Shown: piece after piece, positions 21,034-29,226 of the stretch | Position numbering within the stretch: position 1 is the stretch's first letter | How the letters are laid out: every line of letters begins with the position of its first letter | Assembly (NCBI GenBank): GCA_927441705.1 | Contig: CAKMKH010000060.1 | Location: 13,194 to 77,193 of the forward strand | From: an uncultured Acholeplasmataceae bacterium | Lineage (GTDB): Bacteria > Bacillota_I > Bacilli_A > Acholeplasmatales > Acholeplasmataceae | Reading direction: 5' to 3' | Length of the DNA: 64,000 bases | Translations under genes and position numbers: made by a program | Notes under the pieces: model-generated | Told to the model about the DNA's origin: nothing | What the model saw: only the letters and a program-made list of their open reading frames with translations | Database searches by the model: none

Positions 21034-21646
21034 TATATCAAAATGGAATCGCAAACAAACATATGAATTCTATAAAGATTTAGATGTGCCTAGGTATCAA
21101 ATTACTGTTGAAGTAGATGTTTATTGGTTCTATAAATATGTAAAATATAATGATTTATCATTTTATTTATCATTTATGTGGTTAGTGCTAAGAGAGTTAA
21201 ATCAGATTGATAATTTTAAATATAGATTTATTGATGAAGATGTCATATTGTATGATGTAGTTCACCCTTCTTTTACTGACAAAGTAAGCAACGGTGAAAC
21301 GTTTAAAATAGTAAATACTGATTTTTGCTTTGATTTATTTGAATTTAATAAAAAAGCACTAGAAAAATCTAGAAAACAAGGGGATAAATTCATTGATTAT
21401 GATGATGAAAAACGCCAAGATCTTGTCTATATCACATCATTTCCATGGGCTAAATACACACATGCAACTAATGTATTTAATCTTGATCCAAAAGATGCAA
21501 TTCCTAGAATTGGATGGGGAAAATACGATAAGAAAGAGGCTAAATGGATGATGCCACTAACAATTGAAGTGCATCATGCATGTGCTGATGGATATCATGT
21601 TGGACTCTTAATAAATAGAATAGAAGAACGACTAAAAGGATATTGA
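21020..21646 (+). CDS. cat: type A chloramphenicol O-acetyltransferase family protein
   Basis: [15 protein letters not shown] at the N-terminus and MPLTIEVHHACADGYHVG parallel CAT (VDISQWHRKEHF..., MPLAIQVHHAVCDGFHVG). The catalytic His is retained. Confidence 0.8.
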   Translation: MKKIDISKWNRKQTYEFYKDLDVPRYQITVEVDVYWFYKYVKYNDLSFYLSFMWLVLRELNQIDNFKYRFIDEDVILYDVVHPSFTDKVSNGETFKIVNTDFCFDLFEFNKKALEKSRKQGDKFIDYDDEKRQDLVYITSFPWAKYTHATNVFNLDPKDAIPRIGWGKYDKKEAKWMMPLTIEVHHACADGYHVGLLINRIEERLKGY

Positions 21647-21675
21647 AAGTGGGGGCTTTCAATATCCTTTTTTAA
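21637..21675 (+). terminator. terminator after cat
   Basis: 13-bp stem AGGATATTGAAAG / CTTTCAATATCCT followed by a T-run. The stem overlaps the stop codon. Confidence 0.8.
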
Positions 21676-21732
21676 TTTTTTTGTTATTTAGAAATATTCT
21701 TCAAATTTAGCATGTAAATCTTATTATAACTA

Positions 21733-21741
21733 TGTTATAAT
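21733..21741 (+). promoter_or_regulatory. extended -10 (TGTTATAAT) for the ldh-vor operon
   Basis: TGnTATAAT match about 43 nt upstream of the start codon. Confidence 0.45.
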
Positions 21742-21746
21742 ACCAA

Positions 21747-21760
21747 TGTAAGCGCTTTTA
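21747..21760 (+). promoter_or_regulatory. cre-like (CcpA-type) operator
   Basis: TGTAAGCGCTTTTA matches TGWAANCGNTNWCA at 13 of 14 positions. It lies immediately downstream of the -10. Confidence 0.45.
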
Positions 21761-21783
21761 AAAATATAAAAAAGGAGATTATC

Positions 21784-22863
21784 ATGAGCGATTTTAAACA
21801 CTTTGACTACATGGCTAAACATAGATATGAGCAAGTAGTCTATTTTTATGACAAAACGACGGGATTGAAAGGTATTACATGTATTCATAATACAACATTA
21901 GGACCAGCCCTTGGTGGTACTAGACTGTGGAATTATGAAACTGAGGAAGATGCAGTAAGAGACTGCCTTAGACTTTCTAGAGGTATGACTTATAAAGCTG
22001 CAGCTGCAGGACTTAACTTAGGCGGGGGCAAGACAGTATTAATTGGAGATGCTGATAAAGTTAAATCTGAAGCTTATTTTAGAGCATTAGGTAGATATGT
22101 TCAATCTTTAAATGGTAGATATATTACAGCTGAAGATGTTAATACATCAACTAAAGATATGGACTTTGTTAGTATGGAAACTAATTATGTAGTTGGGCTT
22201 GAAGGCAAGAGTGGGAACCCTTCACCTATGACAGCATTAGGAGCATTCCATGGTATTAGAGCATCATTACAACATAAATTTGGTGATGAAGATATATCTA
22301 AATATTCATTTGCAGTTCAAGGCGCTGGTCAAACTGGATATTATCTTATAAAACATTTAATAAAACATAACGCAAAAAAAGTATATTTTTCTGAAATAAA
22401 TGAAAAACACATTCAAAGACTTAAAAAAGAAAATCCAGATGTAGAATATGTAAAACCAGATGATTTTTATAAATTAGACGTAGATGTTATTGTGCCATGT
22501 GCATTAGGTGGTTCATTAAACTCTGAAACAATTCCTCAAATTAAAGCTAAAGTTATAGCTGGTACAGCAAATAACGTTTTACTTGATGAAGATATCCATG
22601 GTGATATGATTAAAGAAAGAGGCATTTTATATGCTCCAGACTTTGTAATCAATGCTGGTGGATTAATCAATGTTTACCATGAATTATTAGATTATAACAT
22701 TGGTAGAGCTACAAGAGATATTGAAAAAATTTATGATCGTTTACTTGACATTTTCCAAATTGCTGAAAGAGAAAACATTAACACACATTTAGCAGCTAAA
22801 GTATTTGCGAAGAATAGAATAGAAACGATTAATCGTTTACATGACAATTATATTAAAAGATAG
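21784..22863 (+). CDS. leucine (branched-chain amino acid) dehydrogenase
   Basis: 359 aa. GPALGGTRLW and KAAAAGLNLGGGKTV (catalytic Lys) are typical Leu/Val/Phe dehydrogenase features. Confidence 0.85.
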   Translation: MSDFKHFDYMAKHRYEQVVYFYDKTTGLKGITCIHNTTLGPALGGTRLWNYETEEDAVRDCLRLSRGMTYKAAAAGLNLGGGKTVLIGDADKVKSEAYFRALGRYVQSLNGRYITAEDVNTSTKDMDFVSMETNYVVGLEGKSGNPSPMTALGAFHGIRASLQHKFGDEDISKYSFAVQGAGQTGYYLIKHLIKHNAKKVYFSEINEKHIQRLKKENPDVEYVKPDDFYKLDVDVIVPCALGGSLNSETIPQIKAKVIAGTANNVLLDEDIHGDMIKERGILYAPDFVINAGGLINVYHELLDYNIGRATRDIEKIYDRLLDIFQIAERENINTHLAAKVFAKNRIETINRLHDNYIKR

Positions 22864-22874
22864 GGAGTGATTAG

Positions 22875-23096
22875 GTGAAAAAGGGAAATCTTACATTTGA
22901 CAATGAATCTTGTAAGGGATGCGATTTATGTGCAAGTGTATGTCCAGTAGAAATTTTATATCTTGATGATAATCGGATGAACGCCAAAGGCTATCGTTTA
23001 ATTAGTGTGACAGATATGGATAAATGCATCGGATGTGCAAATTGCGCGATTATATGTCCAGATTCAGTAATAAAAGTAGAGGTGACAGACAGATGA
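22875..23096 (+). CDS. 2-oxoacid:ferredoxin oxidoreductase delta subunit (2x[4Fe-4S] ferredoxin)
   Basis: CKGCDLCASVCP and CIGCANCAIICP motifs. GTG start with GGGAGTGA upstream. The stop overlaps the next start (ATGA). Confidence 0.8.
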   Translation: MKKGNLTFDNESCKGCDLCASVCPVEILYLDDNRMNAKGYRLISVTDMDKCIGCANCAIICPDSVIKVEVTDR

Positions 23097-24160
23097 GTAA
23101 AGTATTGATGAAAGGTAATGAAGCAATTGCAAGAGCAGCTGTTAAAGCAGGACTTGATTGTTTCTTTGGATATCCAATTACGCCTCAAAATGAAGTACCA
23201 GAATATTTATCAAAATTATTACCAGAAGTTGGTAAAGTATTTGTACAAGCTGAAAGCGAAGTTGCAGCAATCAATATGGTTTATGGTGCTGCAGGTGCTG
23301 GAAAAAGAGTGATGACATCATCATCTTCTGTAGGTATCGCATTAAAACAAGAAGGTATTAGTTATATAGCTGGTGCAGAATTACCTTGCGTGATTGGTTC
23401 AGTCATGAGAGGCGGACCTGGATTAGGATCTATTCAACCTTCTCAAGGTGATTACTATCAAGCAACTCGTGGTGGTGGAAATGGTGACTATCATGTGATT
23501 GTATTGGCACCAGAATCTGTTCAAGAAACAGTTGATTTAATGAAAGAAGCATTTGATATTGCCGATTTATATCGTAATCCAGTCATGGTTTTAGCTGACG
23601 GGTTAATTGGACAAATGATGGAATCTGTTGATTTAGATAAACCTGTTAAACAAAGAAAACTACCTTTAAAGACTTGGGCTACAACAGGAATGAAAAACCA
23701 TGAAGGTAGAAATATTACTAATAGTTTATTTTTAGATTCAAATGATTTAGAACAACATAATTTAAAACTTCAAAAAAAATATAATGAAGTTATTAAACAT
23801 GAAACTAAGTTTGAAATGATTAACATGGAAAAGGCAGAATATGTTATCGTTGCTTATGGAACAACTGCAAGAATTTGTCGTTCTTCTATTGAAATGTTAG
23901 CTGAAAATGGAATCCATGTTGGTATGATTAGACCAATCTCGTTATGGCCTTATCCTAAAAAAGCATTTGATTTAATTCCAAAAAGTGTTAAAGGAATTAT
24001 GGTTGTTGAAATGTCTTTAGGACAAATGCTAGATGATGTCTTAATTTCTAATAAAGGTAGACATAAAGTTGCCTTTTACGGACGTGCTGGTGGTATTGTA
24101 CCAGAACCAGAAGAAATTGTAGAAGCCATCATGACTTTTGATGAAAGAGTGGTGGAATAA
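23093..24160 (+). CDS. 2-oxoacid:ferredoxin oxidoreductase alpha subunit
   Basis: MSKVLMKGNEAIARAAV...GYPITPQNE is the POR/VOR alpha N-terminus. I prefer ATG 23093 over the longer track ORF. Confidence 0.85.
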   Translation: MSKVLMKGNEAIARAAVKAGLDCFFGYPITPQNEVPEYLSKLLPEVGKVFVQAESEVAAINMVYGAAGAGKRVMTSSSSVGIALKQEGISYIAGAELPCVIGSVMRGGPGLGSIQPSQGDYYQATRGGGNGDYHVIVLAPESVQETVDLMKEAFDIADLYRNPVMVLADGLIGQMMESVDLDKPVKQRKLPLKTWATTGMKNHEGRNITNSLFLDSNDLEQHNLKLQKKYNEVIKHETKFEMINMEKAEYVIVAYGTTARICRSSIEMLAENGIHVGMIRPISLWPYPKKAFDLIPKSVKGIMVVEMSLGQMLDDVLISNKGRHKVAFYGRAGGIVPEPEEIVEAIMTFDERVVE

Positions 24161-24161
24161 G

Positions 24162-24905
24162 ATGATTAAATATGAAAGAACTTCGGGTTTAACTGATAAA
24201 CCTACACATTATTGTCCAGGTTGTACACATGGTATCTTACACAAATTAGTTGCTGAAGTATTAGAAGAACTTGGTGTGTTGGATATAACAGTGGGTGTAG
24301 CATCTGTAGGGTGTTCAGTATTTAGTTATGAATATTTTAATTGTGATATGCAACAAGCTGCTCATGGTAGAGCTTGTGCAGTAGCAACTGGTATTAAAAG
24401 ATCATTACCTGATAATATAGTATTTACTTATCAAGGTGATGGTGATTTAGCTTCTATTGGTATTGCTGAAACGATTCATGCAGCAAACCGTGGAGAAAAC
24501 TTTACAGTGATTTATGCGAACAACACAACATATGGCATGACAGGTGGTCAAATGGCCCCTACAACTCTATTAGGGCAAAAAACGACTACATCTCAAGATG
24601 GTCGTAATAAACCGATGCACGGAGAACCTATAAAGATGTCTGAGATTTTATCTCAAGTTACAGGAGCTGCTTACGTAGAAAGAGTAATGCTTACAGATGT
24701 AGGAAACATTAGAAAAGCTAAAAAAGCGATTAAAAAAGCTTTTACGTACCAAATGGAAGGCAAAGGCTTTTCAATGGTTGAAGTATTATCTACATGTCCA
24801 GTCAATTGGAAAATGACTCCAAGAGATTCAATGCAAAGAGTTAAGGATGAAATGGTTCCAATTTTCCCACTTGGTGTATTTAAGGATGTGATGACCGATG
24901 ATTAG
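24162..24905 (+). CDS. 2-oxoacid:ferredoxin oxidoreductase beta subunit (TPP-binding)
   Basis: HYCPGCTHG and GDGD...GG motifs. I prefer ATG 24162, just after the alpha-subunit stop. Confidence 0.85.
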   Translation: MIKYERTSGLTDKPTHYCPGCTHGILHKLVAEVLEELGVLDITVGVASVGCSVFSYEYFNCDMQQAAHGRACAVATGIKRSLPDNIVFTYQGDGDLASIGIAETIHAANRGENFTVIYANNTTYGMTGGQMAPTTLLGQKTTTSQDGRNKPMHGEPIKMSEILSQVTGAAYVERVMLTDVGNIRKAKKAIKKAFTYQMEGKGFSMVEVLSTCPVNWKMTPRDSMQRVKDEMVPIFPLGVFKDVMTDD

Positions 24906-25428
24906 AAGAATAAGAATTGCAGGCTTTGGTGGTCAAGGTGTTATGCTTACAGGGCAAATGATTGCTTATGCTGCAAACGAACAAGGTTTATATAGTGTAT
25001 GGGTTCCAACCTATGGTCCAGAAACTAGAGGCGGTACTGCAAATTGCGGTGTAATTATTAGTGATAAACCAATCTATTCACCAGTGTTTAAAAATGCTGA
25101 TGATTTAATGGTTTTTAATCTACCATCATTGCATAAATTTCAAGATCAAGTAACTGATGAGGGTAATATATTTTATAATTCATCACTTATTGAAGAAGAA
25201 GTTAAACAAACATGCCATGTCTTTGGCATTCCTATGAATGAAATCGCAAATGAGCTAGAAAAACCTCAAGTTGCAAATATGGTGATGTTGGGTGCTTATT
25301 TAAAAGTTAATAATATTTTTAAAGAAGAAGTGATTGTTAATAGTTTAAAGCACTTTCTTAAAGGTGGGAAAGAAGCACTACTTTCAGTTAATCAAAAAGC
25401 GATTGCTATTGGTTATGAATCAGTTTAA
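24898..25428 (+). CDS. 2-oxoacid:ferredoxin oxidoreductase gamma subunit
   Basis: IAGFGGQGV and YGPETRGG motifs. Overlaps the beta subunit by 8 nt. Confidence 0.85.
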   Translation: MIRRIRIAGFGGQGVMLTGQMIAYAANEQGLYSVWVPTYGPETRGGTANCGVIISDKPIYSPVFKNADDLMVFNLPSLHKFQDQVTDEGNIFYNSSLIEEEVKQTCHVFGIPMNEIANELEKPQVANMVMLGAYLKVNNIFKEEVIVNSLKHFLKGGKEALLSVNQKAIAIGYESV

Positions 25429-25452
25429 GATATAAAAAAATAAATAAAAATA

Positions 25453-25495
25453 GAAAAGCCTGTTTCGATTATAATCGAAACAGGCTCTTTTTTTG
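25453..25495. terminator. bidirectional terminator
   Basis: 13-bp stem AGCCTGTTTCGAT / ATCGAAACAGGCT, flanked by an A-run and a T-run, between convergent operons. Confidence 0.85.
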
Positions 25496-25497
25496 AT

Positions 25498-27465
25498 TTA
25501 TTTTAAATTTCGAACATAACTTATAATAGCTGTAAATATTTCATGGTATTCTGATGCTTCATTAAATAAAACAACAGGTGTTCCTAAAGGGGAGTTTATA
25601 AGTGTTTCACCTTGTTTGTATGTCTCTCCAGTTAACAGATGAATCCAATTTCCATCAGGAATATATACTTTTTGTTTTTTTATAGATTTACCAAGTGTTG
25701 GATAAATAAGTAAATCTTTTCCAAGCATAAAAGCTTTGTCAGTAAAATAATCATAATGAAAATTTAAAGGTCTTATCATTGGATAACCAAATGCTTGATA
25801 TTCGTTTTCTATAGCTATAAAATATTTTTTTAGCATGTAATGAATTTGAGTAAATTGAGCAGTTAATTTTAATGTTTGTTCATCGCTATCAAATTGAATA
25901 TTCTTCCAAGGCTTATTACCTTCATGAGAACGCATAACTGGAACAAAAGTATTCATCTCTAACCATCTAATATATAGTTCTTTACTTCGTTTAATTGCTG
26001 GTACAGTTGTATATCCACCAATATCAGAATGAGAAAAACCAATACCACTATATGCTAATGATAGCATTGCTCTTAATGCTGATCTCATTCCAAAATCATC
26101 TGAAAAATCAACATGTTGATCGCCATTCCATATTAATGTAGAATATTTTATATTATCTTTGTATCCGGCTCTATTAAAGAAAATTGCGTTTGATAACATT
26201 TGAGTTTCTTCTAAAACTTCTCGATTGAGTTTTGCCCATAGATCTGGCCAATGATTGTGCAATTCCTCAGGTTGGCCGAGATGTAGTTGACAATCTACTG
26301 GCAAATATTCTCCAAAGTCTGCCATCCATCCCATAATACCAATGTTAATGTAGTTTTCTTTTATAATTTGTTTAAACCAATGATATGCTTCAGGTTTAGT
26401 TAAATCAACAATACCAAAATCAAAAGATGTTGCTTTTGTTAAAAAAGGCTCTCCATCTGTGTTTTTGACTAGATAATCTAATCTATTTGCTAGTTGAAAC
26501 ATATCTCCATTTGCGTTTAAATATGGATTTACGTAGGCTAAAAACTTAATATTTTTAGCTGACCATTTTTTTATATTCTCTTCTAGATTAGGATAGAGAC
26601 TCTCATCTACTTTCCAATTCCAAAAGACTTGTTTTCCAAAAAAGGTAAAAAGTTCGCCACACCAATCTTGAGACCATACACCATTAATTTTAATATCATA
26701 ATCGAGACACAAATCAATTTTTTTATTGACGATTTCAGTCCCACCTTGAATCGCAAAAATCATACCATCATATATCCACTCAGGTAGTTTAGGCATTTTA
26801 CCGATGTGATGACTTAATGCGCCTGAAAGTTCTAGTAAAGATGCTTTTTTGCAAAAAATCATATGATTAACTTTTGAATATAATATAAGTTGATGTTGAT
26901 CATTATTAGAAAAATCAAACTTTCCATATCCATATGTGTCTATGTGACAGAAGTAATTTTTTGAAGACATAAAAGTTGGGGTTACAAAATAAGTCTTATA
27001 ATCTTCAAATTTCCATTTCTTTGGTTTTAACTTGAAAAGTCGACGAAGAATTTTGCTATAAATTTGTTTTCTTGTGATATGTTCTTCAATCCAATTTCTA
27101 ACTACATTACCTTTTAAATTTAATGATGTAAAATGTTCACCCATTCCATAAATGGATTCAGATTTATCTGAGGGCATAACAATTTTTATTGGTTGATCTA
27201 GATGATGAAATTTCAATTTAAGAAAATCAGTGTTGCATTCATCGATTTCTAGTTGAAATGATTTAAAATCTATGATTTGATCATTAATCTCAAACTCGGA
27301 TATCGGATAAAAAACTGTATCATCTTGATATTTGAATTCTCCATTTTCCATATCAATCTTTAAAGCTTTATTACCGAGGAAAAAAGCTGGTTCATTTATA
27401 CTGTGTTTTATTAAAACCAAGTTATTTAAAATAATTTCAAAGCCATGAGTAGTTTTTTTAATCAT
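25498..27465 (-). CDS. GH31 alpha-glycosidase of the YihQ-like clade
   Basis: LPEWIYDG..IQGGTE, SQDWCG, GWMADFGEYLP (nucleophile Asp) and HSDIGGYTT (acid/base Asp) parallel E. coli YihQ as I recall it. Confidence 0.85.
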   Translation of the reverse strand: MIKKTTHGFEIILNNLVLIKHSINEPAFFLGNKALKIDMENGEFKYQDDTVFYPISEFEINDQIIDFKSFQLEIDECNTDFLKLKFHHLDQPIKIVMPSDKSESIYGMGEHFTSLNLKGNVVRNWIEEHITRKQIYSKILRRLFKLKPKKWKFEDYKTYFVTPTFMSSKNYFCHIDTYGYGKFDFSNNDQHQLILYSKVNHMIFCKKASLLELSGALSHHIGKMPKLPEWIYDGMIFAIQGGTEIVNKKIDLCLDYDIKINGVWSQDWCGELFTFFGKQVFWNWKVDESLYPNLEENIKKWSAKNIKFLAYVNPYLNANGDMFQLANRLDYLVKNTDGEPFLTKATSFDFGIVDLTKPEAYHWFKQIIKENYINIGIMGWMADFGEYLPVDCQLHLGQPEELHNHWPDLWAKLNREVLEETQMLSNAIFFNRAGYKDNIKYSTLIWNGDQHVDFSDDFGMRSALRAMLSLAYSGIGFSHSDIGGYTTVPAIKRSKELYIRWLEMNTFVPVMRSHEGNKPWKNIQFDSDEQTLKLTAQFTQIHYMLKKYFIAIENEYQAFGYPMIRPLNFHYDYFTDKAFMLGKDLLIYPTLGKSIKKQKVYIPDGNWIHLLTGETYKQGETLINSPLGTPVVLFNEASEYHEIFTAIISYVRNLK

Positions 27466-27470
27466 ATAAT

Positions 27471-28949
27471 CTACCCTTCTTTATGCCATAACTTATCATA
27501 TTCAATGCCCGTGATGCTCTCTACAATCTCTTTATGATTAGATGCAACATCAGTTTTTGAACCACCATTTTTCAGTCTTGAAATTTCACTCATTAATACG
27601 ATATGATTATCTGGAGATATTTTATATCGATAAGATGAAATGATACCTAGAATTAGAAGAACCACAGGTCCTAATAAAAACATAAGTCTAATACCCATTA
27701 AAGTTTCTGGCGTTTGAACTTGAATCACTTCACCTACAGGGTTTTGGTAATTTACTAACTGGAGACCAACACCAACTAGGAATAATGCGATTGCTTGAGC
27801 AATCTTTCTTAGAAATGTCATCATACCAGCATAAATACCTTCACGTCTTTTAGTTGTGATCATCTCGTCAGCGTCAACAACAAAAGCAAGCATATTATAA
27901 GGGGTCATTACACAACCACTTAACCCAAATCCAATGAATGCACCAATAATTAATATTGCCCATACTGGTACGCTTGGACTAATCATAAATAAAGCAACAA
28001 CTGCAAACATCCAAATCGTCGCATGAATTCGATAAGTCATTGCATTTCCTAATGAATTAACCAATTTCATAACAACAAATAAAGAAAGCATCTGAATAAC
28101 AACTACTATACCTAACAATAATTGATAATTTGAGTATTGATATAAGTAATCACGAATAAAATAGATTAATAAGGCATTAAATATATCCATAGACACATAG
28201 GCTGTTATATACATAGCTGTATGGATTCTAAGTGATTTGTTTTTCAATGTTGATCCAAAATCTTTAGATATTTTTCGTACCACTTTACGCATAGGTAATT
28301 TTTGAGTATCTTCAAAGTCATGTTTTTTCTCAAATGTGCCCAAGAACACAAATATCCAAGGAATAGAAAACAATAGACCAAAGATGGTTGCCATTACCAT
28401 GTAACCTAGGCTAGGATTTGTTTGGAAGAAGTTAACAATTGTTAAAGGTAATACGGCACCTAATAACATACCACCCTGAGAAAATAGCATTCTAATAGTA
28501 ATTAATTTAGATCTTTCTTTGTATATACTAGTCATTTCTGATGGCATAGAGTTATATGGAACCATAACTAAGGTGAAAACTGTATTGAATAGTAAATAAA
28601 CCAATAAATAATAAATAAATTTAGAGACTTCATTTGTTAACCCAAAAGAAGACCATAATAAGAACCATGAAAGGAAAATAGGTACTATACCAATTAAAAA
28701 ATAAAGTCTTCTCCTACCATATTTGCTACGTGTATGATCGGTAATATAGCCCATCGTAGGGTCTGTTATTGCATCCCAAACCTTTCCAACTAAGATAATA
28801 GTCCCAGCTAATGCAGGAGAAATTTTTGCAACATCAGTTAAAAACACCAAGAATAGAGCGCCGATTATAAAAAAAGCACCACCACCATATAAATCTCCAA
28901 CTGCGTAAGAAAAAATATTCTTCTTTGTTAATTTTTGTTTTATTTCCAT
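27471..28949 (-). CDS. GPH-family glycoside/cation symporter (YihO/YihP/MelB-like)
   Basis: 12-TM protein with AVGDLYGGG and DPTMGYITDHTRSKYGRRR signatures. I prefer the start at 28949 (MEIKQ...), which has GGAGG upstream. Confidence 0.85.
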   Translation of the reverse strand: MEIKQKLTKKNIFSYAVGDLYGGGAFFIIGALFLVFLTDVAKISPALAGTIILVGKVWDAITDPTMGYITDHTRSKYGRRRLYFLIGIVPIFLSWFLLWSSFGLTNEVSKFIYYLLVYLLFNTVFTLVMVPYNSMPSEMTSIYKERSKLITIRMLFSQGGMLLGAVLPLTIVNFFQTNPSLGYMVMATIFGLLFSIPWIFVFLGTFEKKHDFEDTQKLPMRKVVRKISKDFGSTLKNKSLRIHTAMYITAYVSMDIFNALLIYFIRDYLYQYSNYQLLLGIVVVIQMLSLFVVMKLVNSLGNAMTYRIHATIWMFAVVALFMISPSVPVWAILIIGAFIGFGLSGCVMTPYNMLAFVVDADEMITTKRREGIYAGMMTFLRKIAQAIALFLVGVGLQLVNYQNPVGEVIQVQTPETLMGIRLMFLLGPVVLLILGIISSYRYKISPDNHIVLMSEISRLKNGGSKTDVASNHKEIVESITGIEYDKLWHKEG

Positions 28950-28962
28950 GTTTTCCTCCATA

Positions 28963-28976
28963 TGTAAACGCTTTAC
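28963..28976. promoter_or_regulatory. cre-like element in the leader of the GPH/GH31 operon
   Basis: TGTAAACGCTTTAC matches the cre consensus at 12 of 14 positions. It sits 14 nt upstream of the start codon. Confidence 0.35.
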
Positions 28977-29226
28977 TTTAAGAAAATAATACCACAAAAT
29001 GTTTAATTATAAAATATATATTCACAAATTTATATCTTTTTTTACAAATAATTAGTTCTTCAAAGCAAGAAATATTATTGCTGCAAAAAAGGATAAGTCT
29101 TTAGGTTTAGACTCTATGAATGATGAAGTAATATCTCGTTTTTCTATTTTTTCAATTATGATTTAAAATAAAGCAGTAAAATGCTATAATAAAATTAATA
29201 AAAAAATCATAAAAAAGGGAGTTTGT

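Noticed and set aside
23024-23312. A longer start for the VOR alpha subunit (track start 23024), plus an out-of-frame 64-aa ORF at 23118.
   Set aside because: The upstream 23 codons overlap the ferredoxin subunit in another frame. The conserved alpha N-terminus begins at MSKVLMKGNEAI with an ATGA stop/start overlap. The 64-aa ORF is an out-of-frame shadow.
25498-27465. Calling the GH31 enzyme a sulfoquinovosidase (yihQ).
   Set aside because: Synteny with a GPH symporter and overall similarity suggested it. But the Arg of the sulfonate-binding RxxW pair appears to be Gln (FGKQVFWNW), and no sulfoglycolysis genes are adjacent. I kept it as a generic YihQ-clade GH31.
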